The position numbers were made by a program, and so were the translations under genes. Under the pieces are notes generated by a model. It did no database searches. It saw only the letters and a program-made list of their open reading frames with translations, and was not told the DNA's origin. Shown one piece after another: positions 27,672-36,365 of a DNA stretch of 50,963 nt (positions within the stretch are counted from its first letter, which is position 1; the number at the start of each line of letters is the position of its first letter). Origin of the DNA: a virus. Lineage: Duplodnaviria > Caudoviricetes. The DNA lies in the IMG/VR virus record IMGVR_UViG_3300025520_000101, positions 1 through 50,963 of that record; one strand, 5' to 3'.

Positions 27672-27920
27672 TTATGTGTTTATTAGACCTTCTTTAATTT
27701 TTTTGATTATTGCTTCTAACAACGGTTCGGGGATTCTAAAATTTTCATTTTCGAATATATTGGTCTTGATTTTCCCATCGTTATCAATAAACTCTGTGAA
27801 GTTTAAGGCCAATACTTCGATAGTTCTACTTACATAAACCAGATTGCACTCTTTGGTTTTTTTCTCAAGGATTGAATATATTTCTGGGGATACAGCTACT
27901 CGCTTATGTTGTTTCTTCAA
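27672..27920 (-). CDS. Putative RHH-type regulator, first gene of the leftward operon
   Basis: KRVAVSPEIYSILEKK; SD AGGAGGTG, TTG start. Confidence 0.6.
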   Translation of the reverse strand: MKKQHKRVAVSPEIYSILEKKTKECNLVYVSRTIEVLALNFTEFIDNDGKIKTNIFENENFRIPEPLLEAIIKKIKEGLINT

Positions 27921-27958
27921 TTTATCACCTCCTGATGAAACACATCCCTTATAGAGTA

Positions 27959-28005
27959 ATTATATCACACTTATGTACACCTTTCAACCATTTGTGTACA
28001 CCTTT
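27959..28005 (-). promoter_or_regulatory. Sigma-A promoter overlapped by two TGTACACCTTT direct repeats
   Basis: TTGAAA(27987-27982)-17 bp-TATAAT(27964-27959) with TG extension; repeats at 27974 and 27995. Confidence 0.75.
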
Positions 28006-28090
28006 AGTGTAATTGATTAGTTAATATTTATTATGTTATAATATTTTTTCTCTCTGACGAACGATTATCCCATCTTTCTACCGAAAGGAG

Positions 28091-28471
28091 GTGATAATTG
28101 TGTGTTCAAATAATGAGCAAGAAAATATGCATTTTGAATTGTTTTTCAAAGAGGAAGATAGAGCAGAATACAACAATACTAGAAAATACTACAGACATAA
28201 TCGCAGCTTAGATAAAATACGTATCAATTTACTATTTACACATTTCGACATTTTGGATTTTTTCGATCTGTTAGATCAAATAGATAATGCAGCTCTGTTT
28301 AGGGCATTAAAACAACTCAGCACTATTGATCTTCAGATAATCAAACTAAAGTATATGCACAAATTTACACTAATCGAAATAGCAAATATTCTAAATATGA
28401 ATCCCAACACAGTAAAAAAGAAGCATTCGAGAGCAATTAAGAGAATAAGCAAGATAGTTAAAGAAAAATAA
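28091..28471 (+). CDS. Sigma-70 region-4 protein (Tn916 Orf7-like position); start may be GTG 28100
   Basis: ALKQLSTIDLQIIKLKY..FTLIEIANILNMNPNTVKKKHSRAIKRI. Confidence 0.8.
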   Translation: MIIVCSNNEQENMHFELFFKEEDRAEYNNTRKYYRHNRSLDKIRINLLFTHFDILDFFDLLDQIDNAALFRALKQLSTIDLQIIKLKYMHKFTLIEIANILNMNPNTVKKKHSRAIKRISKIVKEK

Positions 28472-28615
28472 GTATAATTGCATTTTTTGGTTGTTTTTAG
28501 TTTATTTTTTGCTATAATTAAATCAAGGGGTTTTTGTTGAAATTTCGTGTTTGGTGTCCCTTTTTTGGTCTTTTGCAGGCTATATATATGTAAGGGTTTC
28601 TAGAAAGGATTAGCT

Positions 28616-28864
28616 ATGAACAAAACAAACAATAAATTTTCTGCAAAAAAACGCTTAATTAAAATGCAAATTAACAACCAAATCAAAAACTTAAAATGCA
28701 AAAATTGTAGATTCCGCAACAAAATTAGACGAGAGTGGTGCTATTTACATGGCAGACGTCTTTTGGACATTGGTAGTCATTGTACTATTGATCCAAATAA
28801 CATCTCGCAAAATCAAATTCAAATGTTGTGGAAACGCAAACTAATGAATCGTTCAGTCAGATAG
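28616..28864 (+). CDS. Small basic Cys-containing hypothetical protein
   Basis: SD AAAGGA; CKNC...C...C. Confidence 0.4.
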   Translation: MNKTNNKFSAKKRLIKMQINNQIKNLKCKNCRFRNKIRREWCYLHGRRLLDIGSHCTIDPNNISQNQIQMLWKRKLMNRSVR

Positions 28865-28889
28865 CAATCTCAAAAGAGATTCTTATAAC

Positions 28890-29240
28890 GGTCTTTGAAA
28901 ATGAGCATCAGCTCGTGCGATGACTGTCAGCTAGTGATAGTTGATGTGAGTACTATATAAATCTGAACTCAATTAAAGGTGGGAGCGTCGCTTGCAATGA
29001 CCTGTCATTTTGACGGAGAGCAATTAAAGATCAACAAATTATACATAGCAATGTATATGCGAAGATCACCGATAATTCAGCAGACTTTAATCGTCATCAT
29101 CGATGTAGCGAGATTAGGGGAGGGTCCATGGTGTTTGCCTGGATACTGTAGTCTGGGGCCTAGCAAGCTCATTCAGATTTTTATTAACTGTTTAGGTGGA
29201 GTGCCTTTTAAGAGGTGCTCCATTTTAAATAGAGAATGGA
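28890..29240 (+). ncRNA. Putative structured cis-acting RNA leader (canT/conAn2-like candidate)
   Basis: GC-richer stretch with several small stems, between the sigma-like gene and the small ORF/recombinase; call rests on position. Confidence 0.35.
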
Positions 29241-29248
29241 GGGGTTTC

Positions 29249-29380
29249 ATGCAAGACAAGCTTATGGTATTCGTAATCAAATTGGCATTGCTAAACAAGT
29301 TGTTAGGGGCTAATAAAATTACAATGCGTGAGTATATTGCAGTTAAATCAAGCTTAATGCGAAAATATAACGTATTTTAA
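29249..29380 (+). CDS. 43-aa SHOCT-like protein upstream of the LSR (possible directionality factor)
   Basis: SD GGAGG, ATG 29249; LLNKLLGANKITMREYIAVKSSL. Confidence 0.65.
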   Translation: MQDKLMVFVIKLALLNKLLGANKITMREYIAVKSSLMRKYNVF

Positions 29381-29467
29381 GAGTTGCACTTCTCGTTTGT
29401 GTTCCTGTACCATCTAAGATAAAGCTAGGGTGATATCCTATAAGAACACGGAAGGGTGATTTGTCAA

Positions 29468-31153
29468 ATGAATAATGTGAAAGTAATTAGCGCTACAGAG
29501 GGTAGAGTTAATAGGCTCTCGGCAATTCAAGTAAACTTGGTCCGTGTGGCCGCTTATTGCAGAGTTAGTACAGACTCTGATGAACAACTGCTCAGTTACA
29601 ATTCTCAAGTCATACATTATAGAGACTTGGTTAATTCAAAATCTGACTGGCAACTGGTTGATATTTATGCCGATGAAGGAATAAGTGGAACTCAAGTTTT
29701 CAAGAGAATCGAGTTTCAACGGATGATAAACGATGCAGTAGAAGGTAAGATAGACCTGATTATCACAAAATCTATCTCCAGATTCGCAAGGAACACACTG
29801 GACACACTGAAATACGTAAGATTACTAAAAGAGAAAAACGTTGCTATTCTTTTTGAAAAAGAAAACATTAACACAATGACCATGAATGGTGAAATGTTAC
29901 TCGTCATTTTAAGTTCATTAGCACAGCAAGAGAGCGAGTCGCTTTCAGCCAATGTGAAAATGGGGCTTAAAATGAAAATGAAGCGAGGTGAACTTGTAGG
30001 ATTTCACGGTTGCCTGGGATATGATTATGATCCGATTTCAAAAACGTTGTCCATAAATGAAAAAGAAGCGAACATTGTAAAATACATATTTGATAGATAT
30101 GTGGATGGTGTAGGTTCTTCAGTAATAGCAAAAGAGCTTAGATCACTAGGATATAAAACAAAAAAAGGGAACGTCAACTGGACAGAAGGCTCAGTTAGGA
30201 GGATATTGAAAAACGAAAAATATAAAGGAGACCTTCTTCTTGGAAAAACATTCACAGTTGATCCAATTACACACCGTAGGTTAGAAAATATGGGTGAAGA
30301 AGAAAAATATTACATTGACGAACATCATGAAGGGATTATTTCCGATGATCAGTTTGATGAAGCCCAGCGCATCCTCAACAAAAGAAGTTTGAAACATAAT
30401 GGCAAGGGTCGCAATGATAAATACAGTCGTAAATATGCATTCAGCAGCATTATCAAATGTGCTTATTGTGAATCAACAGCTATCAGACGCACCTGGCATG
30501 CTAAGTCTGATCATGAAAAATTTGTATGGAGCTGCATGCGAGCTGTTAAGTATGGTAAATCCAATTGTCCTCACAGCAAAGGTGTAGATGAAAAAGAAAT
30601 TGAACTTTCCTTTATCAAAGCATTCAATACACTTTGTAAAAGCAATAAAAACATAATTGAAGAGTTTTTAAAAGAAATGGAAGACACACTGGTTAATTTA
30701 GACGTCAACAAAGAAATACTTGAGATTGATAAATCCATTGAAAAATGTGAGAATAGCCTTAACAAACTAATTGACATGCATCTTGAGGAAATAATTGATA
30801 AATCTTCATATGAGTCAAAATACAAAGAGTTGATGGATAAAATTGGTGTCTTAAAATCTAGTCGATATGATTTGGAAAAATCAGTTGATGAGAACAACGA
30901 CATCAAAAAACGTATTCAATCATTTAAGCTTATATATGATAAAAACGAAGCGCTTGCTGATTTTGATAAAAACATATTTGATAGCGTTGTTGAAGAAGTG
31001 ATCCTGGGAAATGATTCTGATGATGAACGTGATCCATATTATTTGACTTTTGTTTTTAAAACTGGCCTTAGAATGGAGGGCAGCGCAAAAGAAAAAAAGT
31101 TTGATGCTTCGCTCGACGAAGTGTATTCTTATACCCTACACGAGCCATGTTGA
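29468..31153 (+). CDS. Large serine recombinase (integrase)
   Basis: RVAAYCRVSTD, YADEGISGT, ITKSISRFARN, recombinase domain, Zn ribbon CAYC...C...C, coiled coil. Confidence 0.95.
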   Translation: MNNVKVISATEGRVNRLSAIQVNLVRVAAYCRVSTDSDEQLLSYNSQVIHYRDLVNSKSDWQLVDIYADEGISGTQVFKRIEFQRMINDAVEGKIDLIITKSISRFARNTLDTLKYVRLLKEKNVAILFEKENINTMTMNGEMLLVILSSLAQQESESLSANVKMGLKMKMKRGELVGFHGCLGYDYDPISKTLSINEKEANIVKYIFDRYVDGVGSSVIAKELRSLGYKTKKGNVNWTEGSVRRILKNEKYKGDLLLGKTFTVDPITHRRLENMGEEEKYYIDEHHEGIISDDQFDEAQRILNKRSLKHNGKGRNDKYSRKYAFSSIIKCAYCESTAIRRTWHAKSDHEKFVWSCMRAVKYGKSNCPHSKGVDEKEIELSFIKAFNTLCKSNKNIIEEFLKEMEDTLVNLDVNKEILEIDKSIEKCENSLNKLIDMHLEEIIDKSSYESKYKELMDKIGVLKSSRYDLEKSVDENNDIKKRIQSFKLIYDKNEALADFDKNIFDSVVEEVILGNDSDDERDPYYLTFVFKTGLRMEGSAKEKKFDASLDEVYSYTLHEPC

Positions 31154-31187
31154 GTGTGTTGTCTTGATGTCAAGGGTGGAGAAATAG
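31134..31187 (+). other. rlmD: att junction: 3'-terminal fragment of 23S rRNA m5U1939 methyltransferase rlmD/rumA
   Basis: Reads PYTS-HVECVVLMSRVEK*, matching the RlmD C-terminal FPxTxHVE motif; overlaps the LSR stop. Confidence 0.85.
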
Positions 31188-31384
31188 GGTTATTCAAAAC
31201 ACGGATAAATAAAGGGCTTCCTGACATTGAACTTTTCTCACGGCTACTTTGCCGTAGATGTTAATGTCGGGAGACCCTTATTTTTATTCTTTGAGAAAAC
31301 ATATCAACTGCCCTGAAAGCGATAGGGTCGAGTTGACAGATTAGATTTTTTATTGAGGTTGAGGAGACAGGATAGATGCATTAT

Positions 31385-33892
31385 TTAATCTTCTCGTACA
31401 GCATCTGTATCGAAAATCCTATCCAGTTCCTCGTTTGATGTTATGCCACGAACTTTATTCCTAATCGTTGTTTTTCCCATATCTAGTCGATAGAAATGTT
31501 CACGACCATCTACACCTTTTTTAAGTCGAATGAGCTGAATCCTGCCAAATATATCCCAATGCTTCTCTGCGAATTTTGCTAAACCCACTGCCTTAGGATA
31601 ATTGTCTTTTCGGCTAGGATCGTGTGGTTCTAAAATATCAAAAACATAACCTTGTGCATCAGATCTAACAATAACTAAATCCGGGAACATAGGAGTGGTG
31701 ACACCGCTGACTTCGTAAGGGATTTCTAGTGACCACTTTTTGCGGTCAAGATTACGTAACCAGCATACAGCACCATTGTTAAGCTCTTCTGTAACAACTC
31801 CGCTTTCCCATGGATTCAGTGATGTTTCAAATGTGCCATCCTCAGAACAATAAAGATGCTGCTCAAATTTTATGCTATTATCTGGTATAGAAAAATCGAT
31901 TGAATCTGGTAGTATCCATGGTACAGATATCGGTTGTACAGAAGCATTAGTTAATCTTTCATAGACATTCTTTCGTGCCTCGCTAAGTCTAGCAATGGAT
32001 CGCTTGTTGTTTTCGTACAGTGTTATGAATTCTTCCTCAGCATAGTCATTAATCCTTTCCATTGCATCAGTATCATGTGTAAGAATGATGATTTCTTTTT
32101 TTACATCAATATGGTCTCGGGTACTATGACGAATCCAATATTCCTTGTGTAAACCCTCTCCCAACAACTTTCCGGCTTGCTCAAAATGTCGGGAAATATC
32201 AAAATCGGACATGGTCATTGTCTGTGTTTCTTCATCAAAGGAATAGGCATTGTCTCCGTATTCAAATATCAGTGTACCGAGAGCAAAACCAGTAATTGAA
32301 GCCCCTCGAGTGTCAAAGTCTCCGCTTTCTTTTATCCGTGATATCTCATCATCCATTTTTGATAAAACTGCATTTTTAACAGCTTTCTGCGCCCCTAAGT
32401 CGATACCATCCATTGTCAGCGCACGGGAAAGCTGTATTAATAATTTAAGTGGTGCCTGCTTTCGAGATGAATCTATCCGATAAGTTATGAGGTTATCCAT
32501 TGCCTCAAATACATCGGAATAGGCAAGGTTTCGTCCAAGTGTAACAAGCTCTTTACTGGTACCTGTTTCAGTGGGCATAGCAGCCTCGCTGTCACGCAAA
32601 GCATTGACTACATTTTTCACTGTTTCTTCATCAAAGTATGGAAGAAATAGGCTGACACTATTAAGCTCTGCGTCGGAAGAAATCCGTCTTGCCAAAGGCG
32701 TACGTATCATACGTCCCAGCAACTGAGCGATATAAGTATAATCTTGTGCACTGCGGAATGACATCATCGTTTCAGCTCGTGGGCAATCCCAACCTGTGGA
32801 AAGATTCATTTTGAAGAATACGATTAATACACTTTCATCCTCCTGAATTCGAGAGGCTTCAATTTGCTGAATTTCAACGTCACGTATTTTAAGAGTTCCA
32901 TGGTCATTGAAAGTATGTACCGCTTCTCCAGGCTGTAATTTGCGTCCCAGCGTTTCTTCTAGTAAATCGATGCAAGCCCCCAAATCGGTTTGGGTTGCTA
33001 TACGATCATTTCCATCTTCAACTTGAATAACAAGAATAGGGTTTATCACTTTTTCATCTTCGCGCTCACAGTAAGTCTTCCAATGAGTGCATTTTTTGCG
33101 CCAATTATCAACTGCCCCTTTAAACATGGTCATATCAGCATTGAATTGAATATCTGGATAGTGAATAATAATTCTATCTTTCAAAAGACCTGACTCACGA
33201 ACATGCTCAGGTGGAACGATGACTTTTTGAACCGTTGAAGTCGTTCCGGCAATTAAGTTATCAAATCTCTGAGGGGTTGCAGTTACACCTATAACTAAAG
33301 GCATGACGCAAAGACCGTCATCTTCACTACCCTTAATGAATTTTTGCATGATAGATTGAGCCTTATTTTCTGCTTGCACAGAGGTATAAGTTCCTCTATG
33401 TGCTTCATCTATCACCACATAAAACTTTTTAGGAATCTGTTTTGCAGTATTAGTAAGGGTTTCCCATATAGAATACTGACGCTTATCAGATGTTGAAGTC
33501 AGTAGCTTATCAGAACCTAGTTTTTGTGTATTTAGAAAATAAACGCAACCACCTTCGAGATACTCAGCACTAAAATTTGAATCTATAGTCACTAAGTCTC
33601 TAACACGGATTTTATCCGACTTGCTTTCAATTTTTAGCCGTGTTTGCTCATTGAGCTCTGGTGAATCGGAAAGCCAAACAAAAACTGAATCTGGATCTCC
33701 GATGTTGTCCTCGTTACCATAGAGTATTTCCTCAAAAAGAGTCGTCATAATAATAGTTTTTCCCGAACCAGTAGGTGCGGAAAACGAGATTATCTGAGGC
33801 TTATTTTCACGCCACACTGCATGAGCATCTTTAATTGCAGAATGCAGTTCACCAAGGGCTGTTTCCTGAAAAGGAAATAGTATATCTCTCAT
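31385..33892 (-). CDS. res: Type III RM Res-like SF2 helicase-nuclease
   Basis: APTGSGKT, IDEAH, TAT, GWDCP, QLLGRMIR, C-terminal FPD...ILEPH. Confidence 0.85.
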   Translation of the reverse strand: MRDILFPFQETALGELHSAIKDAHAVWRENKPQIISFSAPTGSGKTIIMTTLFEEILYGNEDNIGDPDSVFVWLSDSPELNEQTRLKIESKSDKIRVRDLVTIDSNFSAEYLEGGCVYFLNTQKLGSDKLLTSTSDKRQYSIWETLTNTAKQIPKKFYVVIDEAHRGTYTSVQAENKAQSIMQKFIKGSEDDGLCVMPLVIGVTATPQRFDNLIAGTTSTVQKVIVPPEHVRESGLLKDRIIIHYPDIQFNADMTMFKGAVDNWRKKCTHWKTYCEREDEKVINPILVIQVEDGNDRIATQTDLGACIDLLEETLGRKLQPGEAVHTFNDHGTLKIRDVEIQQIEASRIQEDESVLIVFFKMNLSTGWDCPRAETMMSFRSAQDYTYIAQLLGRMIRTPLARRISSDAELNSVSLFLPYFDEETVKNVVNALRDSEAAMPTETGTSKELVTLGRNLAYSDVFEAMDNLITYRIDSSRKQAPLKLLIQLSRALTMDGIDLGAQKAVKNAVLSKMDDEISRIKESGDFDTRGASITGFALGTLIFEYGDNAYSFDEETQTMTMSDFDISRHFEQAGKLLGEGLHKEYWIRHSTRDHIDVKKEIIILTHDTDAMERINDYAEEEFITLYENNKRSIARLSEARKNVYERLTNASVQPISVPWILPDSIDFSIPDNSIKFEQHLYCSEDGTFETSLNPWESGVVTEELNNGAVCWLRNLDRKKWSLEIPYEVSGVTTPMFPDLVIVRSDAQGYVFDILEPHDPSRKDNYPKAVGLAKFAEKHWDIFGRIQLIRLKKGVDGREHFYRLDMGKTTIRNKVRGITSNEELDRIFDTDAVRED

Positions 33893-36346
33893 TTATGAAT
33901 CCCTCCTGCTCCCTAATACAAAGTTATCGATGTAATCACGATATAGTTGGTATGTGTTATTTGCTTTAACTCCCGAAGTCATTTCGCGGAAGGCTTCCTC
34001 GGAGTTGGTGACGAAATAGATAACTCTAATATTATCTTCCTCCGAAAGTTTTTCAGCAAACTCAGCATACTTTGTTTCATCAATTAGAATAGCGAAGCCG
34101 TTCTGCGGTAGAATTAACATTTCCGGTTCCTCATTGCTACTTACTTCAGGCCGCTTACCGATTGCACCAGATTTAAGCCAAAGTAAGGGTAATATTTCAC
34201 GGAACTGTTGCCCCAGTGACACGCTGGTTTTATCCAAGAAATCCAGCTTGTAGTATTCTACGTTGGTTGGAAAGCCTTCGCTCATTGGACGCTTAACTTG
34301 TGATGTTACATTTATAAGGCCGAGCAAGTCGGAAACCTTCGCTTTAATTCTCTTGAATACCGCTGCTTCCTTAACAACAATGTAAAAGTCTATGATGTGG
34401 TCTTGACCTTCCAGCTCATCCAACCATTCATCAACAGCATTTACATCAAAAAGAATCGATGCCGTATGTTTATCCGAAACGATGAATTTACTATCCGCTT
34501 TTACCAACGTTTGTGGAAGTTGCGTTTTTCCTTCCTTGCTACGAAGCAAAGAGACAAGCTGCTTCTTGGCACTGCTCTTTAGAACTTCGAAGTCTTCAGC
34601 AAAGCCAAGTTGATAGAATGAGCGTTCAACTTCTTTTGTTTCAGTCAGGGTTGTAAAGTAATCGCCTGTCAAGACCGTACCGTCGTCACGATTGCCAAGG
34701 GTGCTATATTTTGTCCTCGGCCAAGTTACTGCTCGGCAAATTCCCTGTTTTTCCCATTCAGGATCACCCGGCTGATAGCCGCTCCTTTGTAAATTCCGTG
34801 CCTCGTCAACAGAAACTTCATTGTTGGTAACTAGTATGCATCGCCTGTGACCGCTGTCCTCAGCGTTCAATAGATTCACGGCGTGGAGAGTCGTACCACT
34901 CCCAGCGAAGAAATCAACAATGAGAGCATTTGGGTTATCTTTAATTACCACACCAAGCGCATCATGTACCGCATAAAGTGATTTAGGGAAAGAAAATGTA
35001 TTGGGTTTATTGAGTATACTTGTAATCATGTCAGTTCCATATGTTCCTGCATTGTGAGAGTTTCGGTACCAAACAGTTCGGACGAGCTGATTTGTCTCTC
35101 CAGCATATTCCACCTCAACGGCTCCAGTAACATTGTTACGCCCAGTTATGATTATCTCTCCACGTTCAATCTGTTCGCGTTGTTTCTTAAACAAATATTT
35201 AATAGGCCATGTCTTTCGCTTAGGATCGAATTTTCCAACAGAAACATATCCAAGCTCTATCATCTTATTTAAAGTTTCATTGCTCATTGACCATCGGCCT
35301 TCTGATAAATCAGTTCGAACGGGCCATGCTGCTTTATATCCATCTATAGTAGCATCGTAATCAGGGTGTTCTCCTAATGGTAAAACATCCCCAGCCTTGA
35401 CAACCCGGCTATTTTCTTCATCAATTAATATTGGATAGTATAAATTAGGTGAATCTTGCCTATATGAATCACTGCCTCGTCTAAGTAAAGATGCCCATGT
35501 TACCTTTTTAGAAAAAGTATCGTTTTCGCCAAGCATTCTATCGTACCAACTTGAAATATTCGCCATCGGCATAAAAACATAAATAATATACTCCTCAACT
35601 CGAGCAAAATGTCCTTGTGATACGCCTTTATAATTAATTACGTCAGTTACCATCTGAATATGAGCCTCAGGGAAAAGCTCCGCAAGTAAAGTGCGAAGAT
35701 GATGAACTTCGTGCTCATCGATTGTAACAATCAATATACCCGTATCAGGGTTCAATATCCTTCTAGCAATTTTTAATCTTTTTTGCATCATTGAAAGCCA
35801 TTTGCTATGGCGCCAGTTATCACTAGAATCTACGTAATCATTATTGTATTTCCAATCCCGCGCACCTGTGTTGTATGGTGGATCAATATAAATACAATCA
35901 ACCTTCTTGGGGTAGAGATATTCTAGTAACTGAAGTGCATGGTAATTATCTGCTTCAATGATTGAATGCCATAAATTACTATCAGGCGCATTTTCTACAG
36001 AATCAATTGGCTGAAGAGTAGGAAATATCGGTTCCCCAAACTGAGCAACTGAAACTAACTCCATAAGTGGGGAGTTCATTATATCCCCTGTTGTTTTATT
36101 ACGGCAAATAGCAGAATCACCATCTATTTTTATTACTGTATATACATCATTAATGTGGCCAGTTTTTAACGCAACTGTCGAACCGCGTTTGATAGGAACG
36201 TTGTAAAGAGGAGTACATTCTGGGATATGCTCCTCAAATACGAGTCCAAATTTTTTATTTTTTGAAATGCGGGCAAATTCCTGTTCCAAGCGGCTACGCA
36301 AGGAAGTGTCCGGAATTTGGCGCAATAAATCATCAATTGCAGCCAT
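33893..36346 (-). CDS. mod: Type III RM Mod-like DNA methyltransferase
   Basis: IYIDPPYNTG, FPKS, DFFAGSGTT; SD GGAGG, ATG 36346. Confidence 0.9.
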   Translation of the reverse strand: MAAIDDLLRQIPDTSLRSRLEQEFARISKNKKFGLVFEEHIPECTPLYNVPIKRGSTVALKTGHINDVYTVIKIDGDSAICRNKTTGDIMNSPLMELVSVAQFGEPIFPTLQPIDSVENAPDSNLWHSIIEADNYHALQLLEYLYPKKVDCIYIDPPYNTGARDWKYNNDYVDSSDNWRHSKWLSMMQKRLKIARRILNPDTGILIVTIDEHEVHHLRTLLAELFPEAHIQMVTDVINYKGVSQGHFARVEEYIIYVFMPMANISSWYDRMLGENDTFSKKVTWASLLRRGSDSYRQDSPNLYYPILIDEENSRVVKAGDVLPLGEHPDYDATIDGYKAAWPVRTDLSEGRWSMSNETLNKMIELGYVSVGKFDPKRKTWPIKYLFKKQREQIERGEIIITGRNNVTGAVEVEYAGETNQLVRTVWYRNSHNAGTYGTDMITSILNKPNTFSFPKSLYAVHDALGVVIKDNPNALIVDFFAGSGTTLHAVNLLNAEDSGHRRCILVTNNEVSVDEARNLQRSGYQPGDPEWEKQGICRAVTWPRTKYSTLGNRDDGTVLTGDYFTTLTETKEVERSFYQLGFAEDFEVLKSSAKKQLVSLLRSKEGKTQLPQTLVKADSKFIVSDKHTASILFDVNAVDEWLDELEGQDHIIDFYIVVKEAAVFKRIKAKVSDLLGLINVTSQVKRPMSEGFPTNVEYYKLDFLDKTSVSLGQQFREILPLLWLKSGAIGKRPEVSSNEEPEMLILPQNGFAILIDETKYAEFAEKLSEEDNIRVIYFVTNSEEAFREMTSGVKANNTYQLYRDYIDNFVLGSRRDS

Positions 36347-36365
36347 TTCTTTTGATCCTCCTATG

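Larger units (their letters stand above)
1..31145. mobile_element. Large conjugative-type element (ICE or integrated plasmid), right part, integrated at rlmD/rumA 3' end by a large serine recombinase
   Basis: LSR gene runs into an rlmD 3'-end fragment; sigma-like/small ORF/LSR end module; rep with iterons; RadC/JAB and small cargo genes. Left end and tra genes are outside the window, so conjugative status is inferred. Confidence 0.75.

Noticed and set aside
28979-29248. N-terminal extension of the 133-aa ORF in the track
   Set aside because: Strong SD and ATG at 29249 give a typical 43-aa protein; the upstream part looks like non-coding leader.
33893-36346. Phase-variable mod gene
   Set aside because: No simple-sequence repeat tract seen in the gene.
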